Shown here: in pieces, positions 26,972 to 40,850 of the stretch | How positions within the stretch are numbered: position 1 is the stretch's first letter | Layout of the letters: every line of letters begins with the position of its first letter | DNA from: Eledone cirrhosa | Taxonomy: Eukaryota | DNA length: 64,000 nt | Direction: 5' to 3' | NCBI GenBank assembly: GCA_964016885.1 | Contig: OZ024747.1 | Span: 35,526,001-35,590,000, forward strand | Program-made: the position numbers and the translations under genes | Notes under the pieces: generated by a model | Told to the model about the DNA's origin: nothing | Seen by the model: only the letters and a program-made list of their open reading frames with translations | Databases searched by the model: none

Positions 26972-27073
26972 GTCCCAACGACTTTTTTTAGCCGTTGTTC
27001 GCACCAACCTGAGGTATATGGCCCTTAAAGCGATGAAATGCCTGGGACGGTTGGAGGGTCACTGATGAAGGAC
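26972..27073 (+). ncRNA. Hammerhead ribozyme with non-canonical (scrambled, pseudoknotted) segment order, copy 1
   Basis: GGTA-TA-TGGCCCT..GCGA-T-GAAA-TGCC..AGGGTCA-CTGATGA-A-GGAC. Helices covary with 41308 and 47119. Confidence 0.75.
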
Positions 27074-27154
27074 CCCCCCCCCCCCCTTTTTTATATGTAA
27101 CCCATTTGCAACGCCGCAGCTCCATTATTATCATATATATATATATATATATAT

Positions 27155-27990
27155 ACTCCGATAGCTAGGATTTTCTTCACTTTGCTGAAATTACACTTCC
27201 CCATACAACATAGGTACCACACCATCTTTAATAAAAACACATTAAGACTGTCTTACTCCACCACACCTAACCTAGCTAGGAATATAGCCAACCACAATTC
27301 TAAAAAATTAAATAAGCCAACCACCTCCGAACCCATTCCCCGGACTGGGGCTCTATGTAATTGCCTAAATAAGGAAGCATGCCCACTTGAAAACAAATGC
27401 CTCACAAATGATATCGTATACAAATGCGATGTCATCTCAGGCACCGAGGATTGCAAAAAAACTTACACCGGCATGACCTCCAACAACTTTAAGACCCGTT
27501 GGTATGCCCACACCCACTCCTTCAGAAGACTGGACAAATCAAATCAGACAACACTCGCCTCCTACGTTTGGGACCTCAAAAGTAACTCCACCCTCTTCAC
27601 GCTTAACTGGAAAATACTCCAGAGGCGTGCTCTTACAACGGAGGACATAAGGGCTGCGACCTTTGTATTTCAGAGAGCTACGAAATTTTATTCGCCAAGG
27701 GCCCGCTACTGAACAAACTCTCTGAACACTGCCCGAACTGCATGCACAAGAACTTTGCAACTTTCAAACACTTTAAGCCAGTGTTAAAGCCCGATGGCTA
27801 AAAACGACCTCCCCCTTTTGGCCCCTATACATCCTTCCCACCCTACCCCACCCCTCCTCAACCTGAAATACGGCCTCTATGGTTATGTGAGTACCTCTTT
27901 CCTATCTACATTTTCTGTCTGTAGAGGTGTTTTTATGTGCCTGCGTATATGCGTATATTTATTGAGTACTTATTTATTTGTATGTGTATA
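27155..27990 (+). pseudogene. Naiad-like PLE 3' fragment (linker, GIY-YIG and tail start), inverted relative to the 32505 ORF
   Basis: [33 protein letters not shown], near-identical to the reverse complement of 32340-32990. Frameshift at about 27625. Confidence 0.92.
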
Positions 27991-28109
27991 TATTTGTGTG
28001 TATGTGTGTATATGTATGTGTATGTATATGTATATATATGTATGTGTGTATATGTGTTTTATGTGTGTATATTTATGTATGTATGTATATGTATATATGT
28101 ATATATATG

Positions 28110-28140
<31 letters not shown>

Positions 28141-28275
28141 GTGTATATGTGTGTATGTATGTGTATGTGTATGTATGTATATATGTATATGTATGTATAT
28201 ATATATATATATATATATGTGTATGTGTGTATGTGTGTGTGTATATATATATATATGTGTGTGTGTGCAGGTGTG

Positions 28276-28312
<37 letters not shown>

Positions 28313-28555
28313 GTATATGTATATATATATGTATATATATATATATATATGTATATATATGTATATTTGTATATATGTGTATATGTATATATATATATAT
28401 GTGCGTGAGTGAGAGTGTGTGTATATATATTTGTGTGTGTGTGTGTATGTGTGTATGCGTGTATATATATGTATATATGTGTGTATATATGCGTATATAT
28501 GTTTGTATATATGTGTATATTTATGTATATGTCTGTGTATGTATGTGTATATATG

Positions 28556-28588
<33 letters not shown>

Positions 28589-28846
28589 GCATGTGTATGT
28601 GTGTGTGTGTATATATGTGTATATGTGTGTGTGTGTATATATGTGTGTGTATATGTATGTATGTGTATGTATGTGTTTGTGTGTATATATATATATATAT
28701 GTATATGTATATATGTATATATATTTGTATATGTATGTATGTATGTGTGTATGTGTGTACGTATGTGTGTGTGTGTGTGTATGCGTATATATGTGTATAT
28801 ATATTGTGTGTGTGTGTATGTGTATATGTATATTTGTATGTGTATG

Positions 28847-28877
<31 letters not shown>

Positions 28878-28880
28878 ATG

Positions 28881-28933
<53 letters not shown>

Positions 28934-29011
28934 ATATATGGGTATGTATTTGTGTATATATGTATGTGTGTGTGTGTGTATGTGTGTGTGTATATATATA
29001 TATATATATAG

Positions 29012-29045
<34 letters not shown>

Positions 29046-29097
29046 GATTATATGTATGAATGGTGAATCTCTCTCTCTATATATATTTATATGTGTG

Positions 29098-29149
<52 letters not shown>

Positions 29150-29263
29150 GTGCTTTTTCCTTATATATGTGTATATATGTGTGTGTGTGTGTTTATATAT
29201 ATGTATGTGTGTGTGTGTGTGTTTGTATATGTATATATTTGTTTGTATATGTATATATTTGTT

Positions 29264-29316
<53 letters not shown>

Positions 29317-29371
29317 TTGTGTGTATGTGTGTGTATATGTATGTATATGTATATATGTGTGTATATGTATG

Positions 29372-29405
<34 letters not shown>

Positions 29406-29532
29406 ATATATATATATGTATGTGTATATGTATGTATATGTATACACATGTATATTTGTATGTATGTATGTATGTGTGTGAGTGTATATATATGTGTATA
29501 TATATGTGTGTGTGTGTGTGTATATATACGTA

Positions 29533-29585
<53 letters not shown>
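27960..29585. repeat. Compound (TA)/(TG) microsatellite
   Basis: Seen directly. Confidence 0.97.
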
Positions 29586-29667
29586 GTTATTCCGGGTTGA
29601 ATCGGAGGTAACCACAGTAAGTAAGGTACTCAATACATAGCAGAGTATAACAGTTTTAATATAGATG

Positions 29668-29718
29668 AGATTCTACAGGACTAGAACTGTTTCATTCATT
29701 TGAAATCATCAGGAATCT
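29668..29718 (-). ncRNA. Type I hammerhead ribozyme (3' pLTR)
   Basis: Minus strand: AGATTC-CTGATGA-TTTCAAATGAAT-GAAA-CAG TTCTAGTC CTG-TA-GAATCT. Confidence 0.85.
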
Positions 29719-30393
29719 GGGTATCAAAAAATAAATATGGTATTTATAGGTCTCTACAAGTGGTAGGAGAGGGTGGGGAGTGGGATGGGTGCAGGTCATT
29801 GGTTGATAGAAAAGGGAATTCATTAAAAGCTAATTCTACAAAGCTATAGTTTATTTTTATTTTTATTTTTATTTATTTATGTTTTTAGAGTAACAAGGGC
29901 AGACAGAATTCTATAAACAGGTTCCGGATGGCCTACCATTCCTTGTCAATAAGTTTCTCTTAAGCTAACAGATGTCTATAAAATCAGTGGGGGGTCAGTC
30001 ATAGTCGATAGAGTTAAAGAAAAGGGAGATTCTTTAAAAGCTAAAGTCATTAAGGTTCTACTAAGTGACAAAGGTCTAGAGAATTCTGCAGACAGATTCA
30101 AAATACTGAGTGCATATCTTACTATTATCTTCGAACTTCTCTTAAACTAATCAACTATATGCCAAAAATCAACAGACACATTCACAAAAAAACAAAAAAA
30201 ACACATACTCACTCACACACTTACGCGCAACCATAAACACACACACAAACACATATACACTCATAAAAACACACACACATATATATAAAAATATATATAA
30301 ATATATATTCATGTACACACACACGTACATACAGACATACATACACACATACATATATAATACATATATATATATACACACATATATATACAC

Positions 30394-30456
<63 letters not shown>

Positions 30457-30469
30457 TATACACATATAT

Positions 30470-30524
<55 letters not shown>

Positions 30525-30703
30525 TACACACACACACATACACATACATACACACACACGCACATATACATATACACAAATAAATACACTCACACGCATA
30601 CATACAAACACGAATATACATGTATATACACACAAATACACATAGACATATATACATACACAAATATATATATATATATATATATACATACATATATATA
30701 TAT

Positions 30704-30754
<51 letters not shown>

Positions 30755-30931
30755 CATACATATATATATATACACACATACCCACATACATACATACACA
30801 TACATATATACACACACATACGTATACATATATATTTACATATACATATACACATATACATATATATATATATATATACATATATACACATATATACATA
30901 CACACACACACATGCACACACACACACACAC

Positions 30932-31001
<70 letters not shown>

Positions 31002-31138
31002 CCCATACACACACATATATATATACATATACACACACATACACACAAACACACACACACATATATATATACACAAATACATATATATATATATACACTC
31101 ATATATATAACCACATACATATTTACATACATACACAT

Positions 31139-31190
<52 letters not shown>

Positions 31191-31281
31191 AATATATATA
31201 TATATACACACACATAACCAAATATATACACATACATACACACACACACACACATACACATGCATATGTATAAACATCTAT

Positions 31282-31314
<33 letters not shown>

Positions 31315-31319
31315 CACAA

Positions 31320-31393
<74 letters not shown>

Positions 31394-31494
31394 ATATATA
31401 TATTTATACATATACAAATATACACATACATACACACACCTATACATAAATATACACATATATATACAGACATATAACGCATATATACACACAC

Positions 31495-31525
<31 letters not shown>

Positions 31526-31606
31526 CATACACACACATACATACATACACACATACACATACACAGACACATATATATACATATATATACACATATATAC
31601 ACACAT

Positions 31607-31637
<31 letters not shown>

Positions 31638-31656
31638 CACACATACATATACATAT

Positions 31657-31719
<63 letters not shown>

Positions 31720-31972
31720 TACATATATACATATATATATACACATATACACACATATATACACACACACATACATACACATACATATATATATATACAT
31801 ACAAATACACACACACACACTCATATATATATATATATATACACACCTGCCCACACAACTATATACATATATATATACATATATGCTCACACATATATAC
31901 ACACATACATACATATACATATATACATATATATATATATACATACACATATATACATATATATACACATAC

Positions 31973-32003
<31 letters not shown>

Positions 32004-32094
32004 TATACATACACACATACATATACACATACATATACATAAACATACATACATACATACACATACATACATACATACATACATACACATACAT

Positions 32095-32164
<70 letters not shown>

Positions 32165-32504
32165 GCATATACACAAGCATATACATACATATACATACAT
32201 AAATATACACACATAAAACACATATACACACAAACATATATATATACACATATATAAATATATATATATATATACACACACACACATACACATATACACA
32301 CATACAAACAAATATATACACATACAAGTAAATAGGTACTCAATAAATATACGCCTATACGCAGGCACATAAAGACACCTCTACAGGCAGAAAATGTAGA
32401 TACGAAAGAGGTACTCACATAACCATAGTGGCCGTATTTCAGGTTGAGGAGGGGTGGGGGTAGGGTGGGGAGGAGGTATAGGGGCCAATAGGGGGAGGTC
32501 GTTT

Positions 32505-34325
32505 TTAGCCATCGGGCTTTAACACTGGCTTAAAGTGTTTGAATGTTGCAAAGTTCTTGTGCATGCAGTTCGGGCAGTGTTCAGAGAGTTTGTTCAGTAG
32601 CGGGCCCTTGGCGAATAAAATTTCGTAGCTCTCTGAAATACAAAGGTCGCAGCCCTTGTGTCCTCCGTTGTAAGAGCGCGCTTTCTGGAGTATTTTCCAA
32701 TTAAGCGTGAAGGGGGTGGAGTTCCTTTTGAGGTCCCAAACGTAGGAGGCGAGTGTTGTCTGATTTGATTTGTCCGGTCTTCTGAAGGAGTGGGTATGGG
32801 CATACCAACGGGTCTTAAAGTTGTTGGAGGTCATGCCGATGTAAGTTTTTTTGCAATCCTCGGTGCCTGAGATGACATCGCATTTGTATACGATGTCATT
32901 TGTGAGGCATTTGTTTTCAAGTGGGCATGCTTCCTTATTTAGGCAATTACATAGAGCCCCAGTCCGGGGATTGGTTTCGGAGGTGTAATTGTTGGCGGAG
33001 AGGCCAGATATTCTAATAGAGACGCTTTTTACTAGGTTATCAGTGATGTTTTGGGGGTGGTTAGAATTAACATTAATATATTTAAGGGACTCGTTAGGTT
33101 TGTGGTACGGGTAATAGAGGGAAGTATCTAGGTCGAGAGTGACATCTAAGAAGTTGGCCCTAGTCAAATTAGAATCTATACTTATACTAAATCCTAGATT
33201 AGAGAAGAAAGAGCTTAAGTTTTTACGAAACCCATCGGTGGTTCTGGGGCTAACCTTATGCAGGGCGAAGAGGCCGTCGTCTCGGTATAAACCTCCAGTT
33301 AGGCCGGTAAAGAGGTTATTCAGGTTATGTAGGATGTACAGGCCCACAAGGTCGCTAATTTCAGCCGAGTCACTCGCCCCCATGCTAACGTCAAATGGGT
33401 TCTGAGATTTCTTGTTGATCCAGTAAGATCCATCGTGGTATAGAAAGTTCTTACGAGCGTGGAGGATAATAACTTGCTCAGCATCGGTAATGGTGGTAAA
33501 ATTCCTGGCAAAGTTAATTGCGTCCTTCAGGAGGGGCTCCGAGATAGAGGCATAGTAGTTTTCTATGTCAAGTTGCAGGAAGCGAGTGTGGTGTTTATCG
33601 GGTAATTCTTGGAACCATGATATTGCCTCAGATGTTCTACTCCAGAGTGGAAGTGGTGAGGCTGCCCGCAATGATGGTAGAACTCTATCCAGGATCTTCT
33701 TACTGATAGAGCCGATGTCAGAACGAGTGGGGTTGATAAGTCTGACTGATGGTTTGTTGAGGAAATTTCCCTTATGGTCCTTCAGGGTAAAGTGCGGGGT
33801 CTTTACCCTTAAAGGTTCGGTTCGGTCGTGTAATTTAAGGGACTTGGCGATTTCTTTTCCGGCCGCGTTTGTCTCAGTCAGTGCCCTCTCTATTACCTTT
33901 TTGTAGGTGGTCGTGATGGTATTTTTTGCCAGCTTATTGTAGGTCTGTGGGTCTACCTCATAAACTTTTTTGGTTTTATCGGAGGAGACATAAAGATTAG
34001 GGGATTTTTTTATATTCCGTAATTCGGCATTTAAGTAGGCCTGGAATGGTGTGGTGGCTCTACGGAATTTAATATCCTTGATCATCTTGAAGAGGTCTTC
34101 TTCAAATGGTTGGAGTAGGCTGTTGCTGGGTGGTGTCTTATTCGTTTTGAAGCCGAACTTCTCATCATTGGTAGATGCTACATCAGGTTTGTCGAGGAAG
34201 AAGGCCCTCCATCTAATTCGCTTGATGAACTCGTCGGTACGTCTGATGAGTGTTTTTAAGTATAGTTTCCTTGGAGGGATAGGGATGTTCTTCAAGGAAA
34301 TATCAAGGTCGAGTTTGGTCATCAT
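32505..34325 (-). CDS. Penelope-like RT plus GIY-YIG polyprotein, open frame with an internal in-frame deletion
   Basis: [56 protein letters not shown] and CDLCISE. Start is placed at the first ATG; the ORF track extends to a TTG at 34421. Confidence 0.93.
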   Translation of the reverse strand: MMTKLDLDISLKNIPIPPRKLYLKTLIRRTDEFIKRIRWRAFFLDKPDVASTNDEKFGFKTNKTPPSNSLLQPFEEDLFKMIKDIKFRRATTPFQAYLNAELRNIKKSPNLYVSSDKTKKVYEVDPQTYNKLAKNTITTTYKKVIERALTETNAAGKEIAKSLKLHDRTEPLRVKTPHFTLKDHKGNFLNKPSVRLINPTRSDIGSISKKILDRVLPSLRAASPLPLWSRTSEAISWFQELPDKHHTRFLQLDIENYYASISEPLLKDAINFARNFTTITDAEQVIILHARKNFLYHDGSYWINKKSQNPFDVSMGASDSAEISDLVGLYILHNLNNLFTGLTGGLYRDDGLFALHKVSPRTTDGFRKNLSSFFSNLGFSISIDSNLTRANFLDVTLDLDTSLYYPYHKPNESLKYINVNSNHPQNITDNLVKSVSIRISGLSANNYTSETNPRTGALCNCLNKEACPLENKCLTNDIVYKCDVISGTEDCKKTYIGMTSNNFKTRWYAHTHSFRRPDKSNQTTLASYVWDLKRNSTPFTLNWKILQKARSYNGGHKGCDLCISESYEILFAKGPLLNKLSEHCPNCMHKNFATFKHFKPVLKPDG

Positions 34326-34455
34326 GGTTTCTTGATGATGGTTATAAGGGGCACAGAGAGTGCTAAAATGTACGTTATTCCGGATTGAATCGGAGGTAAC
34401 CACAGTAAGTAAGGTACTCAATACATAGCAGAGTATAACAGTTTTAATATAGATG

Positions 34456-34506
34456 AGATTCTACAGGACTAGAACTGTTTCATTCATTTGAAATCATCAG
34501 GAATCT
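34456..34506 (-). ncRNA. Type I hammerhead ribozyme (5' pLTR)
   Basis: Identical to 29668-29718 and located just upstream of the ORF. Confidence 0.85.
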
Positions 34507-34742
34507 GGGTATCAAAAAATAAATATGGTATTTATAGGTCTCTACAAGTGGTAGGAGAGGGTGGGGAGTGGGATGGGTGCAGGTCATTGGTTGATAGAAA
34601 AGGGAATTCATTAAAAGCTAATTCTACAAAGCTATATATGTGTATATATATATGTATTTATATATGTGTATATATATATGTTTGTGTGTATATGTGTGTT
34701 TATATTTATGTATGTATATGTATGTATATGCTTGTGTATATG

Positions 34743-34801
<59 letters not shown>

Positions 34802-35061
34802 ATGTATGTATGTATGTATGTATGTGTATGTATGTATGTATGTTTATGTATATGTATGTGTATGTGTATGTGTGTATGTATATGTGTGTATATGTGTATA
34901 TATATATATGTATGTGTATATATATGTATATATGTGTATGTATATATATATATATGTATATATGTATATGTATGTATGTGTGTATATATGTGTGTGTATA
35001 TATGTATATATATATGTATATGTATGTGTGTGTGTATGTATGTATGTATGTGTGTGCGTGC

Positions 35062-35116
<55 letters not shown>

Positions 35117-35254
35117 GTTGTGTGGGCAGGTGTGTATATATATATATATATGAGTGTGTGTGTGTATTTGTATGTATATATATATATATATATATGTGTA
35201 TGTATGTGTGTGTGTATATGTGTGTATATGTGTATATATATATGTATATATGTA

Positions 35255-35337
<83 letters not shown>

Positions 35338-35347
35338 ATATGTATAT

Positions 35348-35391
<44 letters not shown>

Positions 35392-35472
35392 ATGTGTGTA
35401 TATATGTGTATATATATGTATATATATGTGTCTGTGTATGTGTATGTGTGTATGTATGTATGTGTGTGTATG

Positions 35473-35563
<91 letters not shown>

Positions 35564-35704
35564 ATATATATATATATATATGTGCGTGAGAGAGAGAGTG
35601 TGTATATACATTTGTGTGTGTGTGTGTGTGTGTATGTGTGTATGCGCGTGTGTGTGTGTATATATATATATATATATGTATGTGTGTATGTATATATATA
35701 TATA

Positions 35705-35758
<54 letters not shown>

Positions 35759-35774
35759 TATATATGTATTTGTG

Positions 35775-35807
<33 letters not shown>

Positions 35808-35930
35808 ATAGATGTTTATACATATGCATGTGTATGTGTGTGTGTGTGTATATATATATGTGTGTGTGTATATATATGTGTGTGCGTGTATATATATATA
35901 TATATATGTGTGTGTATATATATATATATA

Positions 35931-35977
<47 letters not shown>

Positions 35978-36050
35978 ATGTATGTATGTGTGTGTGTGTG
36001 TTTGTATGTGTATATATTTGTTTATGTGTGTGTATATATATATATATATT

Positions 36051-36106
<56 letters not shown>

Positions 36107-36244
36107 ATGTGTATGTATGTATATATGTATGTGGTTATATATATGAATGTATATATATATATATATGTATTTGTGTATATATATATGTGTGTGTGTGTTT
36201 GTGTGTATGTGTGTGTATATGTATATATATATGTGTGTGTATGG

Positions 36245-36335
<91 letters not shown>

Positions 36336-36629
36336 CATGTGTGTGTGTGTATGTATATATGTGTATATATGTATATATATATATATATGTATATGTGTAT
36401 ATGTATATGTATATATATATGTATACGTATGTGTGTGTGTATATATGTATGTGTATGTATGTATGTGTGTATGTGTGTATATATATATATATATATGTAT
36501 GTATATGTATATATATATATATATATAACAAACACGAATATACATGTATATACACACAAATACACATAGACATATATACATGCACAAATATATATATATA
36601 TATATATATACATACATATATATATATAT

Positions 36630-36675
<46 letters not shown>

Positions 36676-36852
36676 ATATATATATATGTATGTATATATA
36701 TATATATATATATTTGTGTATGTATATATGTCTATGTGTATTTGTGTGTATATACATGTATATTCGTGTTTGTATGTATGCGTGTGAGTGTATTTATTTG
36801 TGTATATATATATGTGCGTGTGTGTGTATGTATGTGTAGGTGTGTGTGTGTA

Positions 36853-36941
<89 letters not shown>

Positions 36942-36950
36942 ATATATTTA

Positions 36951-37613
36951 TTGGGTGCGGATGCATTCATGTATATATGTGTGTGTCCGCATGTATCTGT
37001 GTGTTTCTAAATATATTGTTAATAACTCCCTCTGGTCGAGCAATCTTTGAAGTCTGGGGACAGCTGGAAAGCTTCCATTACTCATACTTCTCGCCTTCTT
37101 CACTACCTCTTCTGCGGCCTCGATATAAATACCCCCTCCGCCTCCGTGGTATTTTCTTCGGGGTTATAAGAGGCTTAGCTCTGTTTCTCGACCGTTATAT
37201 CGCGTGACTGTCTCCCCCTCCGCCTTTTGGGATTCTTTCTCACGTCGTGTAGACGCGTTCTTGAGAATAGTAAAATGAGGTATCCTCTTGATAAGTCGGC
37301 AGACCTCGCAAGGACTCTATATCTTTATGATATATTGTTTTTGTTTATGCCACGAAACTACGTAGTCGAGGAATTTAGGAGCAGTTTAGGTATGATACAT
37401 TTTATTACTAATTATATCTAAATGTTTCTTCTCTCTTCATAATGTATTTTTAACTCTGATACTGGTTCAGTCTAGTTCAACTGAATTGGTCTGTCCCAGT
37501 CATTCATTGAGCAACATCGGTGAAGTTGGCACCCTTAACTCACAGTTGGGTGCGGATGCATTCATGTATATATGTGTGTGTCCGCATGTATCTGTGTGTT
37601 TCTAAATATATTG

Positions 37614-37615
<2 letters not shown>
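36951..37615 (+). mobile_element. Retrozyme-like insertion (595-bp unit, 70-bp direct repeat)
   Basis: 36951-37020 equals 37546-37615. Non-coding, with a central HHR. Confidence 0.78.
37283..37372 (+). ncRNA. Hammerhead ribozyme with U3-A8 core and palindromic stem III
   Basis: TCCTC-TTGATAA-GTCGGCA..TGCCAC-GAAA-CTACGTAG-TC-GAGGA. Confidence 0.85.
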
Positions 37616-37661
<46 letters not shown>

Positions 37662-39924
37662 GTGTATATATATGTGTATATATATATATGTATTATATAC
37701 GTATGTGTGTATGTATGTCTGTATGTACGTGTCTGTACATGAATATATATTTATATATATTTTTATATATATGTGTGTGTGTTTTTATGAGTGTATATGT
37801 GTTTGTGTGTGTGTTTATGGTTGCGCGTAAGTGTGTGAGTGAGTATGTGTTTTTTTGTTTTTTTGTGAATGTGTCTGTTGATTTTTGGCATATAGTTGAT
37901 TAGTTTAAGAGAAGTTCGAAGATAATAGTAAGATATGCACTCAGTATTTTGAATCTGTCTGCAGAATTCTCTAGACCTTTGTCACTTATTAGAACCTTAA
38001 TGACTTTAGCTTTTAAAGAATCTCCCTTTTCTTTAACTCTATCGACTATGACTGACCCCCCACTGATTTTATAGACATCTGTTAGCTTAAGAGAAACTTA
38101 TTGACAAGGAATGGTAGGCCATCCGGAACCTGTTTATAGAATTCTGTCTGCCCTTGTTACTCTAAAAACATAAATAAATAAAAATAAAAATAAAAATAAA
38201 CTATAGCTTTGTAGAATTAGCTTTTAATGAATTCCCTTTTCTATCAACCAATGACCTGCACCCATCCCACTCCCCACCCTCTCCTACCACTTGTAGAGAC
38301 CTATAAATACCATATTTATTTTTTGATACCCAGATTCCTGATGATTTCAAATGAATGAAACAGTTCTAGTCCTCTAGAATCTCATCTATATTAAAACTAT
38401 ATATATATATATATATATGTGTGTATATGTATGTATATAAATATATTTATATATGTGTGTGTGTTTTTATGAGTGTATATGTGTATGTGTATGTGTGTTA
38501 ATGGTTGCGCCCGAGTGTGTGAGTGAGTGTGTTTTTTTGTGAATGTGTCTGTTGATTTTTGGCATATAGTTGATTAATTTAAGAGAAGTTCGAAGATATT
38601 TGCAAGATATGCACTCAGTATTTTGAATCTGTCTACAGAATTCTCTACACCTTTGTCACTTAGTAGAACCTTAATGAATTTAACTTTTAAAGAATCTCCC
38701 TTTCCTTTAATTCTATCTACCATGACTGACCCCCCACTGATCTTATAGACATCTGTTAGCTTAAGAGAAACTTAATGACAAGGAATGGTATGCCATCCGG
38801 AACCTGTTTATAGAATTCTGTCTGCCTTTGTTACTCTAAAAACAAAAATTAATAAAAATAAACTATAGCTTTGTAGAATTACCTTTTAATGAATTCCCTT
38901 TTCTATCAACCAATGACCTACACCCATCCCACTCCCCACCCTCTCCTACCACTTGTAGAGACCTATAAATACCATGTTTACTTTTTGATACCCAGATTCC
39001 TGATGATTTCTAAAGAATGAAACAGTTCTAGTCCTGTAGAACCTCATCTATATTAAAACTTTTATACTCTGCAATGTATTGAGTACCTTACTTACTGTGG
39101 TTACCTCCGAATCAACCCGGAATAACGTACTTATATATATACATATATACATACACACACATACACATTTACAAGCAAACACCCATACATACACATACAT
39201 ACATACAAATAAGTACACATAAACGCATATGCACAAACACGCACTCGTTCACACTCATACATGTGTCTATAGTATAAAGGTAGTGGGACACATTTTAATT
39301 TTAAATTTTAAACTGGGCCTGATAGAGGATAAAATAATTAATGTCACTATTAAGTTATTAATATTATCATCAAGTAATTAATTACTATTTATTATTCATT
39401 ACTTACTATTTACCATTCACTATTCGTTACCTATCTTTTATCCCTTATCTATTCATTACCTAATCATTCACTCATAAATGGATAAATAAATGAATGAGTT
39501 AACTAACAAACAAACAAACAAACAAACAGATGAACAAATAAACCAGTAAATAAGTAAATAAATAAACAGATAAACAAATAAACCAGTAAATAAGTAAATA
39601 AATAAACAAATAAATAAATAAATGGATAAAAAAATAAATAAGTAAATAAAGTAACTAAATAAATAAATAAATAAATAAATAAATATACAGTTAAATAGAT
39701 AAATAAATCATGGACGTGTGCGTGCAGCAGTTCATAACTGTGCGTATGAAAACATGAGCAGGTATATACGTGTATTTGTGTGTGCGGCCACGGAACTTTA
39801 CTCAGAGGCATACAACACAATATATAAGACCTGGAGGGGAGGAAAGAGGGTAATAATGAGAGATAGAGGGGAGGAAAGAGGGTAATAATGAGAGATGGAG
39901 GGACGGAAATGGGATGGGGGGGGG

Positions 39925-40590
39925 TCAGTCGGGGGGCCGGGGGGGTCTGTAGTTTTTGTAATTTGCATAGTTCTTGTGCATGCAATTAGGGGAGTGTTCC
40001 GAGATCTTGTTGAGGAGAGGGCCTTTGGCGAATAGAATCTCATAGCTCTCGGAGATACAGAGGTCACAGCAATTATGGCCTCCCGTGTATGATCGCGCTC
40101 TCTGGAGTAGTCTCCATTGGGTCTTGAAGGGGAAGGAGCTCATTTTAGGTGCCAGATGTGGGCGGCGAGTGTAGTTTGGTTAGATTTGTCTGGGCGCCGG
40201 AACGAATGTGTGTGGGCGTACCAGCGAGTCTTAAAACTATTAGAAGTCATCTCGATGTACGAGTTTCTTTTTTCATTTTTCATCGGGGCCTGAGAATACA
40301 TCGCATATATACACGAGATCTTTTTTTAGACAGTTGTTGTTGAGAGGGCAGGTCGTCTTATCAGGGCAATTGCAGTTGCTATCGGTTGCTGGATGGGCTT
40401 CGGAAAAAGTAGACTTATTTAGCTTCTTGATGTTGTTGTTGGCTAAGTTTCTAGCTAGATTAGGTGTGGTAGAGTAAGAGAGTCTAATGGTATTCTTATT
40501 AAGGATAGTATAGTACCTATGTTGGGTGGGGAAGTGTTTTTGTAAGAGAGTGAAGAACATCTCTCTTACAAAAACCCACTTCCCCACTTG
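39925..40590 (-). pseudogene. Naiad-like linker plus GIY-YIG fragment
   Basis: VGKWVF..LSYSTTPNL..CNCPDKTTCPLNNNCL..CDLCISE..CMH. Frameshifted. Confidence 0.9.
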
Positions 40591-40658
40591 TAAATGTGTA
40601 TGTGTGTGTATGTATATATGTATATATATATATATGTATATGTATATATATATATGTG

Positions 40659-40719
<61 letters not shown>

Positions 40720-40792
40720 ATGGGTATATATATATATATATATATATGTGTGTATGGGTATATATATATATATGTATATATGTGTGTATGTG

Positions 40793-40827
<35 letters not shown>

Positions 40828-40850
40828 ATGTGTATATATATATATTTCAT

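Larger units (their letters stand above)
29585..34635 (-). mobile_element. Near full-length Naiad-like PLE (pLTR, ORF, microsatellite tail, pLTR)
   Basis: Direct repeats at 34372-34635 and 29585-29847 flank the RT-EN ORF, and each carries an HHR. Confidence 0.9.
34640..39130 (+). repeat. Inverted copy of the PLE microsatellite tail plus two tandem pLTRs
   Basis: 37700-38398 is the reverse complement of 29650-30330. 38430-39128 is a diverged tandem copy. HHRs at 38332-38382 (stem III mismatch) and 38994-39044. Confidence 0.85.

Noticed and set aside
32505-33000. Selenocysteine recoding, as reported for some Naiad PLEs
   Set aside because: Cys positions inspected in the endonuclease use TGT/TGC, no in-frame TGA is present, and no SECIS was identified.
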